DNA of 64,000 bases from the human T2T-CHM13v2.0 reference genome, Homo sapiens: NCBI RefSeq assembly GCF_009914755.1, contig NC_060935.1; one strand, 5' to 3'. Below, piece by piece: positions 1 through 13,006 of the stretch. The translations under genes were made by a program, and so were the position numbers. How positions within the stretch are numbered: position 1 is the first letter of the stretch; every line of letters begins with the position of its first letter. The notes below the pieces were generated by a model that searched no databases, had not been told where the DNA came from, and saw only the letters and a program-made list of their open reading frames with translations.

Positions 1-2266
1 GCAGTTAGAGAAAAAAAAAGAAAGAATGAAAAGAAATGAACAAAGCCTCTGAGACTCTGAGAAATATGGCACTATGTAAAGAGGCCAAATGTACAAATCA
101 CTGGCATTCCTGAAAGGGATATCTAGGAAGCAAAAACCTGGAAAATATATTTCAGGTTATCATCCATGAAAACTTCTGTGACCTCACTAGAGAGGTGAAC
201 AGTCAAATTCAGGAAATACAGAGCATCCTTGCAAGATTCTACACAAGATTATCCCTAAGAAACATAATCATCATATTTTCCAAGATTGAAATGAAAGAAA
301 GAATGTTAAAGGCAGCTAGAGAGAAAGGGCAGGTAACCTACAAATGAACCCCTATTATGCCAACAGTGAACCACTCAGCAGAAACCCTACAAGCCAGAAG
401 AGATTGGGGGCCTATATTCAACATTTTTAAAGAAAAACATCTTCAACCAATAATTTCATTTCCAGACAAACTCATCTTCCTGGCAAAGGAGAAATAAAAT
501 CATTTTCAGATAAGCAAATGTGGAGAGAGTTTGTTATTAACAGACCCACCTTACAAGAGATCTTAAAAGCAGCACTAAATATAGAAAGCAAAGGCCATTA
601 TCAGATAATGCAAAAACACACTCAAGTACTCAGACCAGGGACACTATAAAGCAAACACATAAACAAGGCTGCATAATAACAAGCTAAGAACACAATGACT
701 GGTAGAAATTCACACATATCAATACTAACCTTGAATGTAAGTGGGCTACGTGCTCCATTGAAAAGGAAGAGACTAGCAAGCTGTATTAAAAAAAAAAAAA
801 AAAAAAGCAAGACCCAGTGGTATGCTGTCTTCAAGAGACCCATCTCCCAGGCAATGACACCCATAGGCTCAAAATAAAGGGATGGAGGAAAATCTACCAA
901 GCAAATGGATATCAGAACAAAGCAAGAGTGGCCAACCTAATTTCAGTCAAAACACGCTTTAAACCAACAAAGATGTGAAAAAAAAAAAAAGACAAAGAAA
1001 GTCATTACATAATGATAAAGGGTTCAATTCAAAAAGAAGACTGAGCTATTCTTAATATACATGTACCCAACACAGGAGCACCAAAATTCATAAAGCAAGT
1101 TCTCAGAAAATTACAAAGAGACTTAGACTTTCATACAATAACAGTGGGAGACTGCATCACTCTACTGACATTATTAGACAGATCACTGATGCAAAAAATT
1201 AACAAAAATTTTTAAGACTTGAATGCAACATTGGACCAAATGGATCTGATAGGCCTCTATAGAACTCTCTACCCCAAAACAAAATAATATACCTTCTTCT
1301 TATTGCCACATAGCACATACTCTAAAATCAACTCCACAATTGGACATAAAAGAATTCTCAAAAAAAGTCAAAAGTACCAAAATCATACCAAACACCCTTT
1401 TGGACTACAGCGCAATAAAAACAGTAGTCAAGACTAAAAAAATTGCTCAAAACCATGCAATTACATGAAAATTAGACAATCTGATCCTGAATGATTTTTG
1501 GGTAAATAATGAAATTAAGACAGAACTCAAGAAGTTCTTTGAAACTAATGAAAACAAATATACAACATACCAGAATCTCTGGGACATGGTTAAGACAGTG
1601 TTAAGGGGGAAATTTATGGCATTAAATGCCCACATCAAAAAGTTAAAAAGATCTCAGATGAATAACCTAACATCACAATTGAAAGAATTAAAGAACCATG
1701 AGCAAACCAACCCCAAAGCTAGCGGAAGACAAGAAATCATCAAAATCAGAGCTGAACTGAAGGAAATTGAGACACGATATACCATTCAAAAGATCAATGA
1801 ATCCAGGATTTGTCTTTTTGTTTAATTAATAAAATAAGCCACTAGCTAGACTAATGAAGAAAAAGGGAAGACCCAAATAAACATAATAACAAAGGGGATG
1901 TTACCACTGACCGCACAGAAATAAAAATAAACATCAGAAGCTACTATGAACACCTCTGTGCACACAACTAGAAAACCTAGAAGAGAAGGATAAATTCCTA
2001 GATACCTATACCTTTCCAACACTGAGCCAGGAAGAATTGATTCCTTGAACAGACCAATAAAGAGCTTGAAAATTGAGTGGGTAAAAATGGCCTACCAACC
2101 CCTAAAAAACCCAGGACCAGATGGATTGACAGCAGAATTCTAAAATATGTACAAAAAAGAGGTGGTATCATTCCTATTGAAACTACTCCAAAGAGTTGAA
2201 GAAGAGGGACTGCTCCCCAACTCATTCTATGAGGCTAGGACTATCTTGATACCAAAAACTGGTGGA
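1..2266 (+). mobile_element. LINE-1 fragment (older primate L1PA/L1PB grade): 3' half of ORF1, inter-ORF region, ORF2 endonuclease to pre-RT region; decayed
   Basis: ORF2 start at 695 reads MTGRNSHISILTLNVSGL (L1 ORF2 MTGSNSHITILTLN-like). Fragments '[17 protein letters not shown]' and '[13 protein letters not shown]' are L1 ORF2. Many stops and frameshifts. Runs off the left edge. Confidence 0.95.
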
Positions 2267-2577
<311 letters not shown>

Positions 2578-2959
2578 TCATGATATTCTCTTTTATTTCT
2601 TTCAAAGCTGCCTTGAGTATTCTAGATCTTTGCATTCCACATCAAGTTATCAAATTCTGTAAGTTCAATCTATAAGTCAAATTCTGTCAGTTCTATAAGT
2701 CATATTCTATAGGTTCAATCAAGCTGTCAAATTCTATAAAGCTTACCAAGATTTTCATTAGAATTGTTTTGAACTGCTAAATTAATTTGGGAAGATTGAC
2801 ATCTTGACACAGTAATACAATCAATGGACATAGTATATCCATCTATTTATCCACATGTCTTTGGAATTCCCTGTAATGTTCCCATGTTTCCAGGGTCAAT
2901 ATATTGAAAGTATTTGGTTAGTTTTTACATATTTGATTTTTATGCTATATAAATTATAT

Positions 2960-4120
2960 TTTATTTTAATTTATTTTTAACTCTCATTTTATACTTAGGA
3001 ATACATGTACAGGTTTATTATATAGGTAAATTGTATGTCACAGGGCTGTGGTGTACAGATTATTTCACCATCCAAGTAATAACCATAGTACCCAATAGGT
3101 AGTTTTTCAGTCCTCACCCTCCTCCCTCACTCTACCTTTAAGTAAATTCCAGTGTCTCGTTAGCTTCTTTGTGTTCATATGCACTCAATGTTTAGCTCCA
3201 ACTTTTAAGTGAGAACATTTGTTATTTGGTTTTCTGTTTCTGCGTTAGTTCACTTAGGATAATGGACTCCGTCTTCATCCATGTTGCTGGAAAGGACATA
3301 ATCTCATTCTTTTTTATGACTGCATAGTATTCTATAGTATGTATGTAGCACATTTTCTTTATCCATCTACCATTTATGGGCATTTAGGTTGATTCCATTC
3401 TTTGCTATCATGAATACTGCTGCGATGTACACATGTGCATGTGTCTTTATGGTAGAACAATTTATATTCATTTGGGTATATGTTGGGATTCACTCAGGAT
3501 GGCGGCAGGAATATTGAAGGGAAATATTAGGGAATGTTATAAGGAATAGTCATGAACCTTTTTGGAAGGCCAAAAGGTTACATAGCTTGTAATAATTGAA
3601 CAGGCTGAAGGCAGCCGGTTCTTACCTTAGAGCATTAGGTCATACGGTAAATGCTAGGGACAATAGAGGCTTCCCCAGTTAAGTCTGGTTACCCTACCTC
3701 CATTAACTAACCTTTGAGCCAGATGGCCCTCTGGGTGGGAGGTCAGCCAGGGAAACTGCCCCCCTGGTGGTATTTACTTCAGACCACCTTAGCTGAGCTT
3801 TAATCATTCCTAGAACTACTCTCTTAACCATGTTAATTATCCACAAGTGTGTTGACTCAGAGCTTCTGTTGTTAATTGTATACTAAATAAATGTCTGGAG
3901 TGCAAGCTTCTCAAGGCCAGCCGCAGTGACAAACCTCTCTTGGTGTGCAGGTGGTCGGACATTCAGCAGGACTGGCATAACAGATTATCTGTGTGTCAAT
4001 GTACATTTTATTCATCCATCGTTTGGGTCAGGGTCTGCAGGCAGACCCCTGCAGCTAATGCCCTCTTGTGAGGAGCAATTCCTCAGATATATACCTAATA
4101 ATGCAATCACTTGGTAAATT
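2960..4120 (-). mobile_element. 5'-truncated L1 3' end (L1PA13-16 grade), split by a solo LTR
   Basis: T-rich tail, then 'tacatgtacaggttt...gtgtacagattatttcaccatcc...catagtacccaataggtagttttt'. Resumes after the LTR as 'tatatacctaataatg'. Confidence 0.85.
3481..4085 (+). mobile_element. Solo LTR, LTR22-like (HERV-K HML-5 group)
   Basis: Starts TGTTGGGATTCACTCAGGATGG and ends ...TTCCTCA (TG...CA); internal AATAAA. 6-bp TSD ggtata/gatata (1 mismatch), with L1 sequence continuous across the insertion. Confidence 0.85.
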
Positions 4121-4504
4121 GTATTTTCAAATTAATTTCTACATTGTTTTTAAGAATATTAAAATTGAATGTGTTTTTGAATATTACTCAGAATTTTTTA
4201 AAAATACAAATATTTTGAATATCTTATATACACAATCATATAAGTAAATAGAGACTTTTACTTTATTCTTTCAAATTCTCATCTTTTTTTCTATAATTTT
4301 TCTTACTGTATTATACTCTTTTGGGCATATAGTGCAGTTCTGAATAGAAGTATTTATAAGACATCTTTGACTTTACCTGACCTTATAGGAGAAATATTGA
4401 ATATGTTTTCATTAATATAATTTTAGCTGTATTATTTTTATGTGTATCTGTAAAATTAGGGTAGTTACATCTGTTTCTAGTTTACTCAGAAATCTTACAA
4501 AATA

Positions 4505-4790
4505 GTAGTGGTGGAGGGAATGGAAATGGTTAATGGGTACAATAATATAGTTAGAATGAATAAGATCTACTATTTCATAGCACAAGATGATTACAGTCAA
4601 CAATTATTTATTATACACTTAAAAGTAAATAAAAGAATTGGAATGTTTGTAACACAAATAAATGATAATGCTTGAGGTGATGCATACTCCATTTACCACA
4701 CTGTGATTATTATGCATTGTATGCCTGTATCCAAATATACATAAAAATATACACCTATGATGTACCAAAAATTAAAAGTAAAATGTTAGT
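4505..4790 (+). mobile_element. L1MA-grade 3' terminus
   Basis: 'ggttaatgggtacaataatatagttagaatgaataagatctac...gtgattattatgcattgtatgcctgtatc' followed by an A-rich end. Confidence 0.75.
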
Positions 4791-5534
4791 ATAAAAATTT
4801 TATTAAAAGGATAAAAATGTTTAAATTTTATATATTAAGGTGATCATCTTTTTCTATCTTTGGCAGTGTGAAGAAGTATATCTATAATTTTTTAAAACAA
4901 ATTATGTACTAGAATAGCCTTCATTTGTTTGCAATGTGTTATTCTCTTGATACAACATTGTATTCTATTTGATAATTTTTAAGGGTATTTATATCTGTGC
5001 TTATAAAACACGTTAGTCTTTAATTACCTTTCCTCAGAATATAATTGACTGGTTCAGTTATCACTCATGAAACCAGTTGGGAAATACTCTATACTCTCAA
5101 AGACTTTGGACTCTACTGGTATTAGCTCCTTTGTAAATGTTGAGATAAAATCACAAATGAAACTCTTTCAGATTGAAGACTTTTTGAGTGACTTTTTAAA
5201 AATTATGGATTAAATATTTAGAGGAACAATGATCCAATTTTGTCTTTCTTGTTTAAATTCTGAGGGTATATTTAGAAACAACATGTCATTTAAACTATGA
5301 TATCTAGTGTAATGCAAAAATATTCTGCATTGTATTCACTGCATGATTTAAATATGTTTAAATGTGTGTGAGATCTGTAGTAATGGCTCCCACTTCCATT
5401 AACAGTATGAACTGTGTTTTCTCTGTTTTCTCATGATCATTTCTGTTAAAAATTTTATGTATTTATTAAACTATTTAAAGAACAAACTTTCCACATTGTT
5501 GATTTTCTCCATTTTATTTGACTTTCATTGATTT

Positions 5535-5940
5535 TAAAGAAAATGTGGTATATGCATAGAATATTATTTAAACTTAAAAATGGAAATTCTGCTATTTGCA
5601 ATAACATGAGGGTATTACACTAAGTGAAATAATCCATTTATAGAAGGACAAATGTGGCATGATTCTACTTTAAATGAAGTTTTTATACTAGTGAAACTCA
5701 GAAGTGAATAAGACAATAATGGTTTCCAGAAGTTAAGGGGCTGGAGAAAATGGGAAGTTGTTGTTTAGTGAGTACAAAGTTGAAGTTATGATAGATGAAT
5801 AATTTTAGTGCCTGTAGTAAACAATATAGTAGTGTGAAGTTCAAAATTTGTTGAGGGCAGACCACATGTTAAGTGTTCTCACCACAAAATAAAACAACAA
5901 CAACAATTACCAAAAAAAATAAAAAAAAATAAAAAAAAGA
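5535..5940 (+). mobile_element. L1MA/MB-grade 3' UTR
   Basis: 'aaaatgtggtat...gaaattctgctatttgcaataacatg...gtgttctcaccacaaaa' followed by a poly(A)-like run. Confidence 0.7.
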
Positions 5941-7169
5941 GATCCAAGTAAGGTTACTTTGTGAGGTAATGAGGGTTTAGGACTCTAACATATACATTTT
6001 CAGGGGCTACAATTCAACTGATAATAATGACTAGACCCAAAATATTAATCATGGTTGAGGGCAAAGCACTTTTTAGTCATATAAAGTTTTGAAACTATAC
6101 TTCCCATTTATCATACTTTGGGAATTTACTTAAAGATTTGTTCCAGAAAAATTGCAAGGCTATCTGTAAAATAGGAAGATAGGAGGTTTGAGGAACAGGG
6201 GCTCCAAAACCAAAGAGAAATAAAAGATATTCTCAGCAAGACACCTAAGTGCAACCATTTCAGAGCAGAACTACAGAACTGGTGCCACTGTGAGGGATGT
6301 GTCCAAGAAAAAAAATTAAATCTGTGTCTGTTGGGATACTCTATATTACATATTTTTGAAAAGATAATATAGACCTTCAAAGGAAATTTATTGGCTCTCA
6401 CAGCATTAAAGATGCTGGTTCGATTTTATATAAGAGTTGTTTGTATAACTAAACCATGTAATGAGGGTCAATTTTGTTTTAATATTTGGTGTTAAAATTC
6501 TGTATCTCATCTTGCTCTTAAGGTTAGTTCCCCACTTGTATCCAACATATTTTAGCAGCTCTCAACTTCAGATGCTTCCTCATTCACTCAGAGAAAACAA
6601 ATGCACCTCTGAGTAAATGTCTTAAGATTAGATGTGAAGACCTGATTGGACCTTAGAGAATATATCATTGTATATATACAGGAATGCAAAAATTGTAAAT
6701 TTGGAGGAGATAACATTAACGAAATGTTGGTATGGAATAATGGAGAAGACAGACTAGGCCAGATAAAGAATATTACTGCACATGCTTTTAATTTCATGCT
6801 TTATTTGCTTAAGTAGTTCTGTCTTAAGGAGGTTCTCAGAAACCTCAACTGTGTAATAAAGAGATATAATTTTTCACTCCAGATAACCACATTCTAATAA
6901 GAACTACACACACAAACACACACACACACACATATATATATATTTGAGTCTAAGATTAGAGAGAACATGTTTCACATCATTAGAGTTAAGAAGAAAAATG
7001 ACTACATAATTGGTAGTATAAATTTCCTCAATTTGTTTTGCAATAATCACTTATATGAAGTTTTCAAGAGCTAAAATATAACTAAATTTTATTTAGTTAT
7101 ATTTTATTTAAGAGCTAAAATATTTAGAGCTAAAATATAAATTAATAAAATAATAGTTTAAAAAATGAC

Positions 7170-7382
7170 TATAACTGGTGATTTACTGTGTACAAGACAA
7201 AGTTCTAAATGCCTCAGAAAAATTTGTATCTCAAATCTACCCAACGAAGGAAGTACTATTATTATTCCCATTTATAGATAAGGAAATTGAGATGTAGAAA
7301 TGATACACAAGTCATTCAAAATTTTACTGCTAGTTTGTGACAAAGTCAGTATTTGTACACCAGCAGTCAGACTCCAGGATTG
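7170..7382 (-). mobile_element. MIR
   Basis: Antisense MIR core 'tactattattattcccatttatagataaggaaattgag...cagtcagactccag'. Confidence 0.7.
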
Positions 7383-8553
7383 AAATTTTAGGTATTTATT
7401 AGTAGGAATTTTAAAAGTTGTATATGTAAAATTTTGGTGGTTTTGGTTTTGAGAATTCATGTATAGAAAACACAATGGACAAAAAGATCATGACTTTGTG
7501 TTTTTATGCTAATTAGAGAAATTCAAGTCAGTTATATTTGGTCTGAAAAAACTACCAGTGAAGAGAAATAGTTTAAGTCAGAAAGCCTACTATGGTAGTT
7601 AAAATGTTGGACATGAATTTAGCCAGTTTATTCTGTATGAAAAAGGCCTACAGAATTGGGCCACACATTCACAATTAGGTAGAGATACAATTATCTGTTT
7701 TTACATATATCAAGGATAAATGACAGTGAGAGTGTGCTTTAGTCCCACTTCTTGAAATTGTATTACCTACACTTTAGCTTGCTTCTACCTTCCTTGAGCT
7801 TTTCTGTGTTTCTAGAGCAGCACCCAGGAGTTGGTGAGCAGTCTCTGAGGACTCATTTGCAGAGCTCTGTATAAAGTAGAGACTAAAATTAGATGTATTC
7901 TTATAATATCCTTGAGGTTCTAGAAACCTAATATTAGCACACCTTCCAAGTGCTACTCAGAAAAGGGACTAAGTACTGTGCTGCCCAATGTTATGTGTAG
8001 GTGTTGATTCCTATGGAAGAATGAGGTGAATCAGCTGCTGATTTCTGGTGAGCAGGTGTGGCAGTGCATGGAGAGATATATGAGCAGTGCACACTGAGAA
8101 CTGGGCCATGTGGCTGACCTGCACCAGGCAGCGAAAAAAAGTTATATATTAACATGTAATGTATAAAATTATAATATATGAACATATTATGTATGCATTA
8201 AATAATAGATGCCCAAAATATGTACAAATTATGTTTTAAATTTTAAAAATTATGTGTGAAATCTCTCATGAATATCCAAGTTAAAATGTCATCCTACCAA
8301 TTGCATTAGGTTAAATCAGTTTCTATGGTAGTAGGAAGAAATAACGGTAGTGGAGACCTACTTTTGAGAGTGGGCACCTAGATTTAATCCTTAAGTCTAT
8401 AGCCTGGGTGCTGTCATTATCTTTCTGCTGAGCAATTATATTTTAATTGTCCAGAATATCAATGTTTTTATACAATACAATAAGAGTCAGTGTACTTTGC
8501 AGCACTTGTTCTCTCTCTGTTGGAATAATCTCAAAAGGATGAAGAGTTTACTC

Positions 8554-8670
8554 TTCAATTCCGTGCTGAAACACAGAGCTAGAAATTGATGCTAGCAACT
8601 GCTTCATCTGATCTTTCTCTTTCTCTCTCTTTCCCCTTTGTTTCTGCCCCAGAAGAAGGAGCTTCACCTC
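8554..8670 (+). repeat. Copy 1 of a ~117-bp local duplication (copy 2 at 9758-9901)
   Basis: ttcaattccgtgctgaaacacag.gctagaaattgatgctagcaactgcttcatctgatctttctctttctctctct...agaagaaggagcttcacctc is present at both positions. Confidence 0.95.
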
Positions 8671-9757
8671 AAAAAAGTTATTTTTGACTTGATATATTTA
8701 CTGTATTAAAAAATGATAATTAAAAAATGATTAGAAAGTGAAACTATGCCAAAGATGAAAGTACGGATCTTTTAACTTTATTTTGAATTACAACTGCTGT
8801 ACCAAGGACCCCAGGGCAAGCCTCCTTAGCTCATTTTGAGTGATTTGGTTTATTTGCAGCATTTTAAAGGTATTACTTAAGTATTTTTCTTCATTCCTTT
8901 TAGACTATTGCAAAAGTTGATCGTTTTTCAGTTGACACAATGCTATCCAAGAGAACTACAAAAAAAAAAAAAACTTCTCTATCACAAATACTATCTGAGA
9001 TTGTCCGTGTTGTCTTCTACCCACATATCTAGTGTCTTGAAGTGGTAGAAGGAGTGACAAATAAGTATTGGCTCCATAGTAGAGGAAAAATTAACAAAGG
9101 TAAAATTAACAGGTGCTCTAAGAATACCTGGTGTGGGGTAGATAATAAACAGAGTGTGAAAATGGCATTACACAGCCTTCTTATCCTTTCCCCACTTGAA
9201 AATCCTAAGCCTGGAGGTCATAAACAATTGCTATTTCTGCTTCTGGCCAGGCATCACAGGAACCAGTACTTTTCTGAGAAATCGATGTTTCTTATAGTCT
9301 GCTTCAGTATCTGAGAGGCTACTGGGCTTGGGTCAGAGTTTTTACATATGTATCTCAAGGCCAGTCAATTAAAGAATTTAGGTTTTTATTGCGAAAGTGC
9401 CTATGTACATGAGGTCTTATGATTTACATTCTTATGAATCACCTAATGACACTTTGAGGGTCTGTGTGTTGTATTCACATGGCCCCATGTGCTGTCTTGA
9501 TATTTCCAATGTTACTCAACAGAGGGTGAATTCCCAGAGTAAAATAATGTATTACTTGCTTTCAAAGTGAGTGGAAAGTATTAATTATTAGAAATACTCA
9601 ATAAGGTTGTTGCAAATCTCTATATATAGAATTAGAACCCAATCAACAGGCAGAATGAAAATTCTGAATTTCACCATGCCCTGGTCTGTATAAATGGCTA
9701 AGGCAATGACTCAGTACAGGAGTTTCTGAACCCGCCTGCTTGCATAGTAAATGTGAA

Positions 9758-9901
9758 TTCAATTCCGTGCTGAAACACAGGGCTAGAAATTGATGCTAGC
9801 AACTGCTGTGCTAGCAGCTGCTATGCTATGCTAGCAACTGCTTCATCTGATCTTTCTCTTTCTCTCTCTCTTTCCCCCAAAAGAAGAAGGAGCTTCACCT
9901 C
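9758..9901 (+). repeat. Copy 2 of the duplication, directly upstream of the OR52J2P ATG, with an internal triplication of gctagca(a/g)ctgc
   Basis: Direct sequence comparison with 8554-8670. Confidence 0.95.
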
Positions 9902-9922
9902 TTCAGAACAATGCAGTGCAGG

Positions 9923-10861
9923 ATGGCATACCATGGCAACAGGGGCACTTTTCACCCAGCCACATTTTTTCTCATTGGAATCCCAGGTCTGGAAGACGTC
10001 CATATGTGAATCTCCCTGCACTTCTGCTCTGTTTACCTTTTGGCTTTGCTGGGAAATGCTACCATTCTGCTAGTCATCAAGGCAGAACAGACCCTCCGGG
10101 AGCCCATGTTCTACTTTCTGGCCATCCTTTCCACAATTGATTTGGCCCTTTCTACAACCTCTGTGCCTCGTACGCTGGGTATCTTCTGGTTTGATGCTCA
10201 TGAGATTAACTTTGGAGCTTGTGTGGCCCAGATGTTTCTGATCCATGCCTTCACTGGCATGGAGGCTGAGGTCCTGGTGGCCATGGCCTTTGACCGTTAC
10301 GTGGCCATCTGCAATCCACTTCACTACACAAACATCTTGACATCCCGGGTGCTGGTGGGCATCACTATGTGCATTGTAATTCGTCCAGTTCTGTTTACAC
10401 TCCCGATAATCTATCTCATCTACCGTTTACCATTTTGTCAGGCTCATATAATAGCCCATTCCTACTATGAGCACATGGGCATTGCAAAATTGTCCTGTGG
10501 AAACATCCGTGTCAATGCTATCTATGGGCTCTTTGTGGTCTCCCTCTTTCTCCTGAACCTGGTCCTTATTGTTATCTCATATGTTTACATTCTCTGTGCT
10601 GTCTTCTGCCTCCCATCACATGATGCTCGGCTAAAAGCCCTAAGCACACGTGGCTCTCATGTTGGGGTCATCTGTGTTTTCTATATCCCGTCGGTCTTCT
10701 CTTTCCTTACTCATTGATTTGGACACAACATTCCACATTACATTCACATTCTTGTTGCTACTCTCTATTTGGTTATCCCACCCTCTCTCAACCCCATCAT
10801 TTGTGGGGTGAGGACCAAATGGAAACGAGAGCGAGTGCTCTATGTACTTACTAAAAAATAA
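9923..10861 (+). pseudogene. OR52J2P: Class I olfactory receptor pseudogene, family 52J (paralogue of OR52J3)
   Basis: Reads MAYHGNRGTFHPATFFLIGIPGLEDVHM*IS... in one frame for 313 codons. Stops at 10007-10009 (TGG>TGA) and 10715-10717 (CGA>TGA). [15 protein letters not shown] is retained, but HSYC>HSYY, STC>STR and PIIY>PIIC. Symbol assigned from similarity and adjacency to OR52J3. Confidence 0.9.
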
Positions 10862-12545
10862 GATTCTGACCATGTTCTTTTACTAAGGACTTTGATCTCC
10901 CCTATGAAGATTGATACGTTCTTGCTTTAAGGAATATCTCCTAATCCTTACCTTATTCCTGTCAATTTGCAGTACAAGTTGGTTTGTTCCTGGATGCTGA
11001 CTAATGGATTTTAACAGTGGCAGAAACTTCCATGGTATCTCAAGTTCAAAGACTGACAAATATTCTGGGAAGGATATCCTGGGAAAGTGCTGTGTCACCT
11101 CGCCTGCATAACTTCATGCAGAACCTTTGTTTGCAGCAGGCTGCTTCTTTTATGGGGAAAGAAGATATTATACTGAGTCTTTTATGATCAGTGATTACAA
11201 ATATGTGGCACTGGAAATTTAACCCTGTAAACTATGTCATTCATTTTCTTTTCTTCCTTTTTTCTTTCTTTCTTTTTTCCTTCCTTCCTTCCTTCCTGTA
11301 TTTGATTACTAATTTAATTTACATTCATATTGTATTTGTTTTATATTTTGAATAATTATAACTGCATGGGATAAATCAAGAAACAAAACTAACACAAATG
11401 TCTGCCCTGCGGAGCTTGCCTTCTGCTACATCTGGCCCTGTGGAGCTTGCATTCTGTTACACTCTTATAAAGCCAAGTCCATGGGCTCAAAAAAATCATT
11501 GCCAAATCTGTAGCTTCAAGTGGAATCATCTGCCAAATGTGTAAGTTTCTGTGCAATCATAGCCAAAACAAACATATAATTTTAAAACTTTTACTCAGTG
11601 ATACCAACAGTAATTTAGCACTGATGTACCCTTTGCTTTTAGGCTTATAGCATAGTCACAAGTGTAGTTTTTAAAATCTAGTAATGTATAACATTTCTAT
11701 GTGATATATGCTGGCCTTTGCCTATCACTCTACCGAGTTGTGTTTTTTTCCATCTACATTTGATTCTAAAATACTCTATCCTAAAATTCAAGGTTTCTCA
11801 TCTTAGGTCTATGATTTATTTCTAGATCCCCTGACTTTAATGTAGAAGCTGCAGATTAACTTATGCATAGCTACTTTTCACATGAGACAGAGGGCTTTCA
11901 ATTGATTTAAAAATGAAGTGTCTTAAGACCAGCAATAGAGATTTGCATCATCAAATTAGTAACGTTGTTTTATATTTCTAATGACTTTAATTATTTTATC
12001 TTTTAGACTGTTAAAAAGAAACTAGTTCTAAAATATAAAAATGTATTTTTTCCTGCAAACCAGAATTAACAATTTTTAACACTGCACTTATCTCACAGAT
12101 AACGCTTAATAAAATATATGCAACATGAAAGTTCATATTACCTTTATCACCACTCCAACACAGTTTCCCTCCTGATTTTAGAGGCAGTCTGGCATGTGTT
12201 TTTCTGATATCACAGCACACATTTTAGTTTTACAACAAATCATAGCATGTCTATTGGATCACTCGTTATTATTTTATATAGGTTAAAATACTTTATGTTT
12301 TGTTTTGTAACATTGATGTCATTAATGTATTCCTGTGTTTATGGACATTTGAGTTATCATTATTTCCAATTAGAAAATACGGTGCACATCTTTGTGGCAT
12401 ATTTTACATTTTTATAGTAATTCATTGAGGCTTTGTACTTTGAAGTAGAATTATTAAGCAACAGAATTTTAATGAATCAGAACATATTTGTGCTTCTTGA
12501 TCTTTATTTTTGATTAAGTACTTCGAATATCAGAATTTGTCGCGC

Positions 12546-12685
12546 TTTGTTTTTGTTTTTTGGTTTTTGTTTTTTTGACTGGGTATCACTATGTTGCTGG
12601 GGATTGAATTTTTGGGCTCACACAGTCTTCCTACCTCTGCTTCTGTAGTAGTTAGGACTACAGGTACATGCCGCCGTGCCTGGCT
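12546..12685 (-). mobile_element. FLAM-type Alu monomer
   Basis: T-rich tail, then 'gggtatcactatgttgc...gggctca...ggactacaggtacatgccgccgtgcctggct'; absent from the paralogous OR52J3 flank. Confidence 0.75.
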
Positions 12686-12877
12686 ACATTTCACATATTT
12701 TGATTTTTTTTCTCACTTTTATGTTTTCCATTATTTCATTTAGTTCTTGTTTTCAAAAATCCCATTTCTCACTGATGTTTGACAGGTGCATATGCTATAT
12801 TTCTTCTTCTACTAAATATTATTAAAATTTTTAACTTTCCTAGTTTCATTTTCTGTTTTCTAATAAAACTAATTTGT

Positions 12878-12915
12878 CCAGCTGGGGTAACATAGCAAGA
12901 CCTTGTTTCTGAAAA

Positions 12916-12946
<31 letters not shown>

Positions 12947-13006
12947 AGCCTGGCATGGTGGCACAAATCTGTAGAGTCCCTCTTTCTAAAAATTAGATAT
13001 ATAAAG
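12878..13006 (+). mobile_element. Truncated, internally deleted old Alu with the linker expanded to (AAAT)n
   Basis: 'ccagctggggtaacatagcaagacc' + (aaat)n + 'gcctggcatggtggcac'. Flanked by aaa(c/g)taatttgt on both sides, which occurs once at the paralogous site (~22132). Confidence 0.75.

Larger units (their letters stand above)
2580..5535 (-). mobile_element. Old L1M-grade ORF2 relic, interrupted by younger insertions
   Basis: Antisense L1M phrases: 'tattctagatctttgcattccac', 'aattaatttgggaagattgacatcttgac', 'ttgaatagaagt...catctttgactttacctgaccttataggag'. Confidence 0.65.

Noticed and set aside
10040-10717. 225-aa OR ORF as a separate gene
   Set aside because: It starts at TTG and is only the stretch between the two premature stops of OR52J2P.
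11401-11461. ~30-bp tandem duplication (tctg(g)ccctg.ggagcttgc.ttctg.taca x2)
   Set aside because: An ordinary slippage duplication; it is single-copy in the OR52J3 unit and has no sign of function.
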